Below are positions 44,735-54,783 of a DNA stretch of 64,000 nucleotides, piece after piece (position 1 is the stretch's first letter; every line of letters starts with the position of its first letter). The notes under the pieces were generated by a model. It saw nothing but the letters and a program-made list of their open reading frames with translations. It searched no databases and was not told the DNA's origin. Both the position numbers and the translations under genes were made by a program. Origin of the DNA: an uncultured Thermoplasmatales archaeon (GTDB lineage: Archaea; Thermoplasmatota; E2; DHVEG-1); NCBI GenBank assembly GCA_964627915.1, contig CAZVKY010000002.1:1727-65726 (forward strand), read 5' to 3'.

Positions 44735-46366
44735 TTACATACCTAAATAACCACCAAGCACCATACTGATTGCTGCAGCGGTAATAGCTACTATCCAAAC
44801 CAATGGAACAAAATATAGCAGAGTAAGAAGCTTGTGGCTTCCCCTTAGCATCCGAATGGTTAATGCCATCATAAAACTGTGGATGATAAGAACGATAAAA
44901 ACGACAATGAAGGTGTTCATAAACATCTGCGGGTCCATTGCCGTAAGAATACTACCGACATCAATAGTTGTTTCAGAGAAGGGATCACCAGCCATTCCTT
45001 CAAGAAGTATTTCATTAAGATGCCGGGCGATAACAAGTGATGTGTAAGCACTAAACGCGATACCAAAGGTGATTCCAGCAAAAAGAGCAGCTGATGTATT
45101 GACTACAGAAAGTTTTTTTACTCGGAGATCCCGGATTTTTCTGATGTTTTCAGCTATCATTCTTGATGCTTTCCGTGGATTAGCTGATGCAGCGGTGGCC
45201 TGTCGAAACATTTCACTGGATCGTTGTATATGATTACTACCCGTGTCCACACCGAACCATTCCCAGGAATGATTATCATTGATTCGTGTTCGTAATCGTT
45301 TGTATAAATCCTTTACATGTCTGGTGAGAACACCATAGTCTTTTTGACTGAGATAATACACCGATTCATTGATCTTTCCACCTCGCATAGTGGAGATGGA
45401 TCCAAGTGAAGGAAGAAAAGAAAGAAAATTCCGTTCTTTTCTAGCTAATTGTTTTTCCACAAGAAACGTTTTCAATCCAGGTATAATCAATGGGGTAACA
45501 GAGAGAGCAAATAGGATTTCATAAGGAATAGAAGTAATAATGGGGAATTGAATGACATAAAGAATAAAAAGCAATATACCAAGACCAATACTTCCAATAA
45601 TCGTTATTTGAAATAAATGTCGTAAATATTTCTCTGTTTTTCCCCGTTGACCGGTGACATGCCATATTTCATCTGGCGGGATCATTGCTCTTAATAAATA
45701 TAATAGTAATCCTTCGGTTATGATAAGAAGAAATGAGGATAGATAAACAAAGGTGTTCATATCCTCCCCACCGATAACAATAGGAAGAACAATACCTAGT
45801 GACATCACAAAGATAATTGAAATCAACAGGCTTACATAGACCTCATTTAAAATAGTGATGTTTTCATTTGAGGTTTCATACATTGTTTTATAGTCCTCAA
45901 GGACTGCTTCTTGCTCAGTTTCGATGAATTCTCTAGGATCAACACCACTGTTTAAACTCTGTGAGAAACGATCCAAAAAATCCTTAAGAATTTTGCTTGG
46001 TGTTCGTTTTGATAAAAACTGAAAGCTTTTAGCAAGAGGCACCCGCCATTGCTCTGAGAGCACACTTATCTTTCTCATTTCCTCTCCCAGGCTTCCATAG
46101 GCATTGTTTCCACCAAGCATGTTTATGATGTCTTTGAGGGAGAGATCTGAGATTACTAATACCCGGAGATGAGTAATAAAAAAATGAATTTTTCCATTGA
46201 TATCTGCTTCCTTATTCTTCCAGGTGATATACGGATAGAGAATTCCAAGCATGATACACAGAAATCCACCAATAGGAAAGATGATAGGTTGGATTGCAAG
46301 TATACTTAGCCCTAATAATGGCAGAATAATAGGAAGGACACAAATAAGAATCCCTAGAGCTATCAA
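44735..46366 (-). CDS. flaJ: archaellum assembly membrane protein FlaJ/ArlJ (TadC/GspF-like)
   Basis: 543-aa polytopic membrane protein with two cytoplasmic T2SS-F-like domains and 8-9 TM helices. Last gene of the minus-strand fla operon, directly after flaI. Confidence 0.9.
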   Translation of the reverse strand: MIALGILICVLPIILPLLGLSILAIQPIIFPIGGFLCIMLGILYPYITWKNKEADINGKIHFFITHLRVLVISDLSLKDIINMLGGNNAYGSLGEEMRKISVLSEQWRVPLAKSFQFLSKRTPSKILKDFLDRFSQSLNSGVDPREFIETEQEAVLEDYKTMYETSNENITILNEVYVSLLISIIFVMSLGIVLPIVIGGEDMNTFVYLSSFLLIITEGLLLYLLRAMIPPDEIWHVTGQRGKTEKYLRHLFQITIIGSIGLGILLFILYVIQFPIITSIPYEILFALSVTPLIIPGLKTFLVEKQLARKERNFLSFLPSLGSISTMRGGKINESVYYLSQKDYGVLTRHVKDLYKRLRTRINDNHSWEWFGVDTGSNHIQRSSEMFRQATAASANPRKASRMIAENIRKIRDLRVKKLSVVNTSAALFAGITFGIAFSAYTSLVIARHLNEILLEGMAGDPFSETTIDVGSILTAMDPQMFMNTFIVVFIVLIIHSFMMALTIRMLRGSHKLLTLLYFVPLVWIVAITAAAISMVLGGYLGM

Positions 46367-46509
46367 GGGTATTAATACGGTTCGAATAAAGGCTTTTTTA
46401 TCTGGTAATGATGCGTAAGCGATTTCAAGTTCTTTAATTCCCTCAATATGGTGAACGGTTTCTTTTATCGGTAACTCATTCGTTTTTTTTGTAGATTCTT
46501 TTTTTCTGT

Positions 46510-48168
46510 TTATTCCACTGAAAATGGTAATCCCTCCGCTCCATTTCGGTAAAAACTCCAGATAGATTGTACCACATCATAGTAATCAAAGATTTCTTCT
46601 TCCACCATTCGTGTCAGGATTTGTTTTCGTAGTTCATATTCATCATAGATCTCAGCGGTATCGACATATCCAGCGTTTTTTGCGATTTTTTCCTCTAAAA
46701 TAAAACTATTTTTGTTAGCTGTGAACACATGATCATCGCTTTCAGATTTCCAATCAAATGCCCTTCGTGCCATGATACCATCGACTTCTCGATTGTATCC
46801 TTCTATTTCATCGATGGAAACACATCGTCTCATTAATTTCCCATTTCGTTCGATGGCTAATTGAATAAAGACAAAATCAAGGTTATCCATGAATGTTTTT
46901 GGAACATTGATGGGATCACCGGTGAACCGCTGAATGACTTTAGTGACATCTCCAGCATGAAAGGTGGTCATCACCGGATGCCCGGTTTGCATTGCTTGAA
47001 AAACAATGTTTCCTTCTGCCCCTCGCACTTCACCAGGGATGATATAATCAGGACGGGATCGTAATGCTGCCTTGAGTAAATCAAATAAATCAACTTGGCC
47101 TTCAGAGGGACCACTGGTTTTTGTGAGTAATCGTTGCCATACTGTATGAGGCACTTGTAGTTCAGGGGTTCCCTCTGCAGTATAGATCTTTCGTTCCGGT
47201 GGAATAAATGGGATGATCGCATTCATGGTAGTTGTTTTTCCACAAGCTGTTCCGCCGCAGAGAAAAAAACTGCGCCCATATTGCAGACAAAGCCAGAGAT
47301 AGGCAGCGATTCCCGGGCTAAGAGTTTGGCATCTAATTAATTGGGTGACGCTAATGGGATTTTCGGTGAAACGGCGGATGGTCATACTAGGTCCTTTGAT
47401 GCTTACTGCTGAACTATAGATAATGTTTCCCCGACTTCCATCTGGAAGCACTCCATCAACGATGGGTCGACCTTCACTTACTGGTGTTCCCATTCGTTCA
47501 CTCAGTATTTTTGCAAAAGCAGGTGCTTCTTTTTCAGAGACAATGACATTTGTTTTAATCATTCCAAATATTTTGTGTATGAGATGAATGGGTTCTCCTG
47601 CGATCAGATGAATGTCTTCGATGTAGGGATCACGCATGAAACATTCAATGTTTGCTCCTCCCAGCAGTTCCTTGAAGATATAATATTGTATCTTCTTTTT
47701 TTGCGGATCAGTTGCTTTAATGGTTTTTTTTGTGAGTTGAAATAGTTTGTTTTTAGAGGAATTGGTTTTTTGCACCTGTTTACTTACTATTACGTATTCA
47801 TCAATGAGTTCACTTAGGTTTTTTCTAAGTTGTTTATCAGTCACCGCACTTTTTTTTTCAATGATGTTTTCTAGGATTATTGTAAGTAATTCATCTTTTT
47901 TTTGTGTTTCTTCTTTGGTTAGTTTCGGTTCGATTGCATGATATTCTAATCCTTTTCCGTTTTCATTTGGGTAGATATGCACAAAAATAAATCCTCGAGT
48001 TAGATAGAGAATATTGATTTGTTGTTGTGATTTTAATGATGTTGAAAGGGTTGCATAAAACCCTGGCATTTCTTTATCCTTTTCTAGATTATTTAAATAG
48101 TCTTGAACATGGGGATTTTTCTGCAGAAGGTTCTTTATTTCTTTCTCACGTAATTGTGTCATCAGCAC
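46510..48168 (-). CDS. flaI: archaellum ATPase FlaI/ArlI (paralog 2)
   Basis: Walker A FFLCGGTACGKTTTMNAIIPFIPP, Asp box and His box of the secretion-ATPase family (GEVRGAEG, MQTGHPVMTTFHA). 552 aa. About 55 % identical to the adjacent upstream paralog. Confidence 0.9.
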   Translation of the reverse strand: MLMTQLREKEIKNLLQKNPHVQDYLNNLEKDKEMPGFYATLSTSLKSQQQINILYLTRGFIFVHIYPNENGKGLEYHAIEPKLTKEETQKKDELLTIILENIIEKKSAVTDKQLRKNLSELIDEYVIVSKQVQKTNSSKNKLFQLTKKTIKATDPQKKKIQYYIFKELLGGANIECFMRDPYIEDIHLIAGEPIHLIHKIFGMIKTNVIVSEKEAPAFAKILSERMGTPVSEGRPIVDGVLPDGSRGNIIYSSAVSIKGPSMTIRRFTENPISVTQLIRCQTLSPGIAAYLWLCLQYGRSFFLCGGTACGKTTTMNAIIPFIPPERKIYTAEGTPELQVPHTVWQRLLTKTSGPSEGQVDLFDLLKAALRSRPDYIIPGEVRGAEGNIVFQAMQTGHPVMTTFHAGDVTKVIQRFTGDPINVPKTFMDNLDFVFIQLAIERNGKLMRRCVSIDEIEGYNREVDGIMARRAFDWKSESDDHVFTANKNSFILEEKIAKNAGYVDTAEIYDEYELRKQILTRMVEEEIFDYYDVVQSIWSFYRNGAEGLPFSVE

Positions 48169-48175
48169 TCATTTC

Positions 48176-49798
48176 CTATAGCGAAAAAGGAAGTCCATCT
48201 TTTCCATGTCGATAGTAATTCCAGATGATGTCTACCACTTGATAATAATCAAATATCTCTTGGTCTACCATCTGTTGAAGTATTTTTTTTCGGGTATCAA
48301 ATTCTTCATAGATTTTCATGGTATCATTTAGACCAGCGGTTTTTGCAATCCGTTGTTCTAAAATGTAGCTATTTCTATTTGCTTTGAATGCATGAGTATC
48401 ATCTGCTGCATTCCATAAAAATGCCTTTCTTGAGATGATACCATCGACTTCTTTGTTGTACCCTTCGATTTCATCTAAGGATAATACACGTCGGATTCGT
48501 TTTCCTTTCCGTTCAACGGCCATTTGAATGAGGACTACGTCAAGGTTATCCATGAAGGTCTTTGGAACATTGATAGGATGACCAGTGAACCGTTGAATCA
48601 CTTTGGTAACTGATCCAGCATGAAACGTGGTAATCACCGGATGCCCGGTTTGCATGGCCTGAAAGACCACTCGTCCTTCTTCACCCCGGGTTTCACCAGG
48701 GATAATATAATCAGGTCGTGAGCGAAGACCAGCAAATAACAAATCGCTCATATCAATATGGGATTCTTTTGGACCAGTGGATTTTGTTAAAAGTTGTTGC
48801 CAAACATCATGTGGTGCTATGACTTCAGGAGTGTTTTCCACGGAATAGATTTTTTTTTCTGGTGGAATAAAAGGAATAATGGCATTGGAGGTTGTTGTTT
48901 TTCCTGAGGCGGTTTCTCCACAGACAAAAAGACTTCGACTATATTGCAGACAGAGCCAGAGGTAGGCTCCCACTGAAACATCAAAAGTCCCCCAGTTTAT
49001 GAGTTGAGTGACACTTAGTGGTGTTTCACTGAATTTTCGCACGGTCATGGTAGGTCCTTTTAAGCTGATATCTTTGCTATGAATGATGTTCACCCGGCTG
49101 CCATCAGGAAGTGTGCCATCAGCGATGGGTTGTCCTTCACTTACGGGACTTCCTATCTTTTCACTGAAATCCTGGGAGAAATCACTAGCCCAGTTTTCAT
49201 CGATGTTGATGTTTGTTTCCACCATATCAAATATTTTATGAATAAGATGAACCCGTTGGCCGGTGATGATATGGATATCCTCTAGATAGGGATCTCTCAT
49301 GAAACATTCAAGTGGTCCACCACCGATGATTTCTTTAGTGATGTCATATTCGATTTTTTGTTTTTCATAATCCGTGGTCTGGATTTTTTTCCCAATAAGA
49401 AAATTGCTTGAAATTTTTTTAGTAGTAGTTATTTCATCTAAATAATGTAAGATTGCCTGACGGATTTCCTCATCTGTTTTCACTTTTTCTCTGAAAGGAG
49501 CGATTTCAAAAATGCGTTCTAGAATTTGATTTCTTTTCTTTGTTTCTTCGATGGATAATTCTGGTTCAATGGAATGATATTCTAGGAAATCCGCTTCAGG
49601 TTTTTGATAGATATGAATAAAGACAACACCTTTTGTGGGATAAATGATGTTTGGATTTTCTATTGATTTGAGATCACGGTTTAATTCTTCATAAAATGCA
49701 GGGCGATCCATGCTCTTTTTTACTTCTTCTAGATATGCCTGCAGATGTGGGTGTTGTTCTAACAGTTTTTTCTCCTCTGCTTCGGTCATTTTCCCCAT
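48176..49798 (-). CDS. flaI: archaellum ATPase FlaI/ArlI (paralog 1)
   Basis: Walker A LFVCGETASGKTTTSNAIIPFIPP, GETRGEEG, MQTGHPVITTFHA. 540 aa with the full-length FlaI N-terminal domain. Confidence 0.9.
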   Translation of the reverse strand: MGKMTEAEEKKLLEQHPHLQAYLEEVKKSMDRPAFYEELNRDLKSIENPNIIYPTKGVVFIHIYQKPEADFLEYHSIEPELSIEETKKRNQILERIFEIAPFREKVKTDEEIRQAILHYLDEITTTKKISSNFLIGKKIQTTDYEKQKIEYDITKEIIGGGPLECFMRDPYLEDIHIITGQRVHLIHKIFDMVETNINIDENWASDFSQDFSEKIGSPVSEGQPIADGTLPDGSRVNIIHSKDISLKGPTMTVRKFSETPLSVTQLINWGTFDVSVGAYLWLCLQYSRSLFVCGETASGKTTTSNAIIPFIPPEKKIYSVENTPEVIAPHDVWQQLLTKSTGPKESHIDMSDLLFAGLRSRPDYIIPGETRGEEGRVVFQAMQTGHPVITTFHAGSVTKVIQRFTGHPINVPKTFMDNLDVVLIQMAVERKGKRIRRVLSLDEIEGYNKEVDGIISRKAFLWNAADDTHAFKANRNSYILEQRIAKTAGLNDTMKIYEEFDTRKKILQQMVDQEIFDYYQVVDIIWNYYRHGKDGLPFSL

Positions 49799-49812
49799 GT
49801 TTTTTCCTCTGC

Positions 49813-50529
49813 TTAGAAGGCTACTCCGCTGGATTCAATGGTTAATCCAACACCAGGTTTGACGGAGAAAGTGGTCATCGGTTCATATTTATGTATTGCT
49901 CCATTGAATTTTTCAAGGTAGATGTTATGAACCGTGCCCACGCCAGGCATTTTTTCTTTAGAAATTTTAAAATGAACATCGGTCATCATTTTGAACCTGC
50001 GATGGATTTCTTCATCCCATTCGGTGTGATTTGCGGTAAGAAAAATGATTTTTCCCGATCCAATTAATCGGTTGAAAAAATTGGTAAGCTCTGGAAGATT
50101 TTCTGTTGTTAGGCTTTTGTTAAGTAAGCTTGAGATTGAATCAATGAAAATGATATCATTTTCAAATAATTGAGGAAACGTTAGTAATTGTTTTAAAAAT
50201 GTTTCCCGAGGATGCGTTTCAGCTAGAGTGACCTCTGTAGATATAAAAAAGAATTTTCCTTTCATTAAGAACTGTCGGACATTATATCCAACTGATGCGG
50301 TTTGTCGGAGGAATCGTTTGATGGTAAATTGTGTTGAGATGAGCGAGCAGGTGTTTGCATTTTTTAGAAAAGAATAGCAAAATCGTTGACAGAAAATACT
50401 TTTTCCAGTTCCTTCTTCACCCTCAATAAAGATAAGGGATCCATTGGGTATTCCTATGCCAAATCGCTCAGCAAAACCATCTTTTTCACCATTTCTTTCT
50501 AAAATCAACGATTTTGCATTTCTTAACAT
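49813..50529 (-). CDS. flaH: archaellum KaiC/RecA-like ATP-binding protein FlaH/ArlH
   Basis: GIGIPNGSLIFIEGEEGTGKSIFCQRF (Walker A). 238 aa. Position between flaG and flaI. Confidence 0.85.
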   Translation of the reverse strand: MLRNAKSLILERNGEKDGFAERFGIGIPNGSLIFIEGEEGTGKSIFCQRFCYSFLKNANTCSLISTQFTIKRFLRQTASVGYNVRQFLMKGKFFFISTEVTLAETHPRETFLKQLLTFPQLFENDIIFIDSISSLLNKSLTTENLPELTNFFNRLIGSGKIIFLTANHTEWDEEIHRRFKMMTDVHFKISKEKMPGVGTVHNIYLEKFNGAIHKYEPMTTFSVKPGVGLTIESSGVAF

Positions 50530-50541
50530 GATGTCACCTTT

Positions 50542-50985
50542 TTATATTTTGAATGTAAAATCATCATCAACTCCACAGGGTCCAACAACACGGATTTGAT
50601 GGTATCCTGAGGTGATGATTGAGCTGTTAATGTGAAGCATGGTGTATTCTGAAGGGTAGAGTGAAATATTTGAAAAAGAAAAAGCGTTTGTGATGATGAT
50701 TTCTCCATCGATAAATACCTGCATTGTTTCATTTGAGGTAGTTAGTTTATTTGAACCTGTATTTCTTATGTAAAAAATATACTGATTATCTGATAAAGGG
50801 ATCATTTCAGGATCATTGATGATAGAAAATTCAGTATCCAATTGTGTTTCTACTCGTTTTCCTTTTTCATTGAATGAACCACTGATGTTAGTGGTAACAG
50901 CAACAAAAATACCAGATACTGTACCTGCGACGATAAGAGCGGCAACGAAAAATATCACATGTGATCCAGTAACACTAAAACCCAT
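50542..50985 (-). CDS. flaG: archaellum protein FlaG/ArlG
   Basis: MGFSVTGSHVIFFVAALIVAGTVSG N-terminus (MGFS start typical of FlaF/FlaG), then a beta-rich domain. Named FlaG by gene order (second of the F/G pair). Confidence 0.7.
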   Translation of the reverse strand: MGFSVTGSHVIFFVAALIVAGTVSGIFVAVTTNISGSFNEKGKRVETQLDTEFSIINDPEMIPLSDNQYIFYIRNTGSNKLTTSNETMQVFIDGEIIITNAFSFSNISLYPSEYTMLHINSSIITSGYHQIRVVGPCGVDDDFTFKI

Positions 50986-50997
50986 AGGTATCCCTTT

Positions 50998-51423
50998 TTA
51001 ATCTTTGTTATGATAATAACTTTCCACCATGTTTGAGGTGATTAATTTTATTCGAGGATTATCTGTTTGGTCTGTATTATAACTGGTAAGATTTGTTTGT
51101 TTTTCAGGGAATAGATATGCATCATTGAAGATAAATTCTTTAATGCTTCCATTAATTAAGAGCATACATTTTTCCACATCGATTGTTTCACTTCCACTGT
51201 TCTCTATGGTTATGGTGTAATCATAGGTCGAGCCATTTATGGATGTTGTCACATTAGTAATACTGAAATCGGTTTGTGATCGAGTTATTTCCCGCTTTAT
51301 CATATGTTGTTGTGATTCATGGATATCTGTGAGTTGGGGAAGAATCCCTCCTGAAATAATCTCTAGTGAAAGTAGAATCGAGACGCCTATGATAGCAAAT
51401 GATGCGGAAAGTGAAAACCCCAT
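50998..51423 (-). CDS. flaF: archaellum protein FlaF/ArlF
   Basis: MGFSLSASFAIIGVSILLSLEIISGG N-terminal anchor and a beta-sandwich domain with sequons (NVTT, NGST, NGSI, NLTS). First of the F/G pair. Confidence 0.7.
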   Translation of the reverse strand: MGFSLSASFAIIGVSILLSLEIISGGILPQLTDIHESQQHMIKREITRSQTDFSITNVTTSINGSTYDYTITIENSGSETIDVEKCMLLINGSIKEFIFNDAYLFPEKQTNLTSYNTDQTDNPRIKLITSNMVESYYHNKD

Positions 51424-51461
51424 TTTATTAATCCCACCAATTTTTATATCTTATTTGTTAT

Positions 51462-52265
51462 TTATTTTTTCATATTGGTTCCATTTATTTCTTTTCCCAT
51501 TTTTTCTAATTTTGTATTGATTTTAAACAAAAAATCATCATGAACTGCGGATCCTCTCAATTTTTGAATAAACATAAATGATTGAAGATGATCATCAATG
51601 GTAAAAACAGGTTGATGATGCTCTTTACTATCGGTATCCACAGTGAAGGTGATTCCTTTTGCATATTTCATTAAATCTAAGCGAACATCTTCAGTGATCC
51701 AGTTAATGCTGACATAATAATCAAGGATGTCTGAGAGATATTGCTGGCCTAGTTTATCCGAAAGGTATTGTAACCATTTCATGAGTACGACTACGTTTTC
51801 CGGGGTGTTTTTTATCCCATTGAGTGGTTGCATATCTTCATCTGTTGATCGATGGTTAGATTGAACAGATGGGAAACCTGTTTTTTCATTCCGTTTTGTT
51901 TCCTCAAAAAAGTGTTGTTGAATCTCTTCTATGTTTGCTATTTTTCCTTCAATATATGATAATTCTTCGTTTAGTTTTTGTAAGGAATCTGAGTCCGCTG
52001 TTTTATTAGCTGATACGAAATTATTTCCAATAGCTGTTTCCTTTTCTTTGGTGCTATTTTTCCCAGAGTCAACGTTATCCTTGAAATCTTTTTTTGACTG
52101 AATAGTGGAAATCAATCTTAAAACGTCATTTTTGCTTAGTTCTAGTTTTCGTTGTTGCACTTTTTTAAAAATTATATCAGTAACTCGAGCTGTGATTTTA
52201 TTTTTTTCAACAAGATCATTTAACAATGCCTGTAATTGATCTTGGTTTAAGTCTTTTTCATTCAT
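51462..52265 (-). CDS. flaD: archaellum accessory protein FlaD/E (ArlD/E) family
   Basis: Coiled-coil N-terminal half. Conserved C-terminal FlaD/E block ENVVVLMKWLQYLSDKLGQQYLSDILDYYVSINWITEDVRLDLMKYAKGI. Confidence 0.7.
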   Translation of the reverse strand: MNEKDLNQDQLQALLNDLVEKNKITARVTDIIFKKVQQRKLELSKNDVLRLISTIQSKKDFKDNVDSGKNSTKEKETAIGNNFVSANKTADSDSLQKLNEELSYIEGKIANIEEIQQHFFEETKRNEKTGFPSVQSNHRSTDEDMQPLNGIKNTPENVVVLMKWLQYLSDKLGQQYLSDILDYYVSINWITEDVRLDLMKYAKGITFTVDTDSKEHHQPVFTIDDHLQSFMFIQKLRGSAVHDDFLFKINTKLEKMGKEINGTNMKK

Positions 52266-52299
52266 TTTTCATCCCATCCTTTTTTTAATATAATCTATT

Positions 52300-53007
52300 C
52301 TATGCTACGGTATCTAAAAATAATGAAATCTTTCGTTTTAGTTCATAATCCTCATCGACCGTATCGATTGCTTCATCCACCATATGTTCTAATTGTTCAT
52401 CTGTGACACTGAAATTTAGTGGGTTAGAAGAGGAAAAACTTTCATTTTTAGGTTCATCTTCGGTTTTTACTGAAAGAGGTGAATTAATCGATGGTGTTAA
52501 CCCTTTTTTTTGCCTCTCTTTTAACTTTCCTTGTTCTAAATCAGATTCTATTTGCATCATTTTGGTTTTCAGATTCTCGATTTCCTTAGAATAATTTTCC
52601 AATGCATCAATCCGTTTCTTTGTGACTCTTGATAAACCAACAAAAGGATTCATCTGTTCAGAGACAATCTCGTAAAGACTGACCAAATCATCAAGGTTTT
52701 CGGTTACACTATTTATTTGTTCGGTAAGTTCTTCCAGTTGTTTTTTATTTTCATTGATCCTGAAATCAAATTCCTTTATCTGCTTAAGATATTCCTTTTT
52801 TTCTTTAAGCTGTTTTTTTAACGGTTGTTCTTGCTGATTTTGATTGTTTTTTAATTGCTTTTTCTGTGATTCTTGTTCATCTGATGATGATTCCTTGTTA
52901 TCATCCGAATCAGTTTCGTCAACCTGAGATGAATTATCGTTCAATTTGATGACTCTCCGTAGGTTATCTTTCCCATCACTTTTTGCAGTGGTTTCTTTCT
53001 GCTGCAT
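52300..53007 (-). CDS. flaC: archaellum accessory protein, FlaC-like (coiled-coil)
   Basis: Acidic Ser-rich N-terminus, long coiled coil with LVSLYEIVSEQMNPFVG (FlaC/D/E-type YE.VS...NPF block). First gene of the operon. Assignment by position plus motif. Confidence 0.55.
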   Translation of the reverse strand: MQQKETTAKSDGKDNLRRVIKLNDNSSQVDETDSDDNKESSSDEQESQKKQLKNNQNQQEQPLKKQLKEKKEYLKQIKEFDFRINENKKQLEELTEQINSVTENLDDLVSLYEIVSEQMNPFVGLSRVTKKRIDALENYSKEIENLKTKMMQIESDLEQGKLKERQKKGLTPSINSPLSVKTEDEPKNESFSSSNPLNFSVTDEQLEHMVDEAIDTVDEDYELKRKISLFLDTVA

Positions 53008-53478
53008 AGATTCATTGATCTCATTGTCTGGCTCTTCTGAGGTTTGGACTTTTTCTTCCTCTCTTTCTTTTTTTGTCCTAAGCTTTAATTTAATAAATCA
53101 TTCCTCCTGATAATTTTCATGCAACTCATCAATACAGATTAGATTTAATTTGAAAATTATGTAATCATTCATGCTTTGTAAGCGGTGTTTTCCTCTGAAT
53201 GGCCGATGGTTATCCATGTTTGAAAGACTCCTTTTAACAAGGAGTGGATGATCTGCTTGATGAATGATGCAGACAGCAAGGTTAATAGTTCATCTTTATC
53301 GTCTTTTTTAGTAAGTATTCAATAGATGAATTCATCAATCAACCTTTTTAAATAGTAGCCCCTGGCAGGTCCCATCCAATCCTAGCTCCTATTATATTCT
53401 TATAAAAGAAGTAAAAAACCACCTATTAAGAATACCTTAAAAACAAATTAAAATCACATTAAAAAATATGAAGAATAG

Positions 53479-54783
53479 CTAGACATTGAAATAAAAATCC
53501 ACATCCACATCTGAAACTTCCCGAAGATAGTTTTGACATTCTTCCTTTTTATTGGAGATATAGGCATCGATAAGATCTTTCCCCATAAAGTGATGTAATT
53601 CAACATCCTTTTCTAATGCGGCCAACGCTTCAAATAAATTTTGAGGGAGTTTTTCAATGCCTTCATTTTTTATTTCTTCCTCGCTCATATGATAAATGTT
53701 TTTTTCAATGGGTTGATAGCTGATTTCCTTTTTAATGCCATCAAGACCTGCGTAAATAAGAGCAGAGAAAAACAAATATGGATTTGCAGAAGGATCTGCA
53801 TTTCTTACTTCGACATCAATATTTTTCTTAGCAGCAATTCGAATGAGACTACTTCGATTGTATTGGCCCCAGGCAATGTAAAGTGGTGCTTCAAAATGTG
53901 GAATTAACCGTTTGTATGAATTCATAGTTGGATTAGCAAAGGCAGCGATACTTTTTGCATGGTGAAGTATGCCTCCAATAAAATATTTTGCCTGTGGGCT
54001 AAGATGACGTTTATCTTGTTCATCATAGAAACAGTTTTCATTATCCTTAACAAGGGAAAGGTGAGCATGCATTCCATTTCCTGCTTCATCCTCAAAAAGC
54101 TTTGGCATGAAAGTAACCTGTAAATTTTCTGATGAAGCGATGTGTCTGGCAAGATATTTAAAATACATTGAAAAATCCGCTGCAGCAATAGCATGCAATG
54201 ATTTGACTTCTATTTCATGTTGATATCTTCCATTTTCGTGATGATGATATTTTACCTTAATCCCACTTTGTAATAACATTTCTGATATTTTTTTACGAAA
54301 TGGTTTACCGTTATCAAGTGGTGGTGGAGAAAAATATCCATCGTTTGCTTTTGTATTAATATTTTCTTCTTGATTTGATGAAAGGACAAAAAATTCCATT
54401 TCTGGTGAGATATTTACCTGTTCAAATCCAAGTGAAGCGGCATGTTTTACTGTTTTTTTAAGCGTATTACGAGGATCGATTGGACAGGAGGTATGGGTGG
54501 TATCATAGATATCAGCGATAAAACGTGCTTCGTTTTTATTATTTGGTAACACAAGAAAGGTATTTGGATCAGGCACCGCTAGCATATCTGATTTTTCAAC
54601 GGTTTTTAAACCAACAGATGATCCATCAAAACCACATCCGTTTTTAAGAATATTATCTTCGATAAACTGTTTTGCTGGAAAATGGACGACTCTCAGTGTT
54701 CCAGAGAGATCAGTGAAATGAATTTGAATCCAAGAGATATGCTGTTCTTCTATTTCTTGAATAATTTTTTCTTCTGTCATCAA
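53479..54783 (-). CDS. glnA: glutamine synthetase (type I-alpha)
   Basis: GCGFDGSSV, NISPEMEFFVL, KYHHHENGRYQHEIE, PKLFEDEAGNGMHAHLSL, SYKRLIPHFEAP. Typical GS catalytic blocks. 434 aa. Confidence 0.9.
   Translation of the reverse strand: MMTEEKIIQEIEEQHISWIQIHFTDLSGTLRVVHFPAKQFIEDNILKNGCGFDGSSVGLKTVEKSDMLAVPDPNTFLVLPNNKNEARFIADIYDTTHTSCPIDPRNTLKKTVKHAASLGFEQVNISPEMEFFVLSSNQEENINTKANDGYFSPPPLDNGKPFRKKISEMLLQSGIKVKYHHHENGRYQHEIEVKSLHAIAAADFSMYFKYLARHIASSENLQVTFMPKLFEDEAGNGMHAHLSLVKDNENCFYDEQDKRHLSPQAKYFIGGILHHAKSIAAFANPTMNSYKRLIPHFEAPLYIAWGQYNRSSLIRIAAKKNIDVEVRNADPSANPYLFFSALIYAGLDGIKKEISYQPIEKNIYHMSEEEIKNEGIEKLPQNLFEALAALEKDVELHHFMGKDLIDAYISNKKEECQNYLREVSDVDVDFYFNV

Noticed and set aside
46861-49285. 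Short ORFs inside the two flaI genes (46861..47064, 46971..47222, 47747..47941, 48027..48215, 49079..49285)
   Set aside because: They are alternative or antisense frames of strongly supported ATPase genes.
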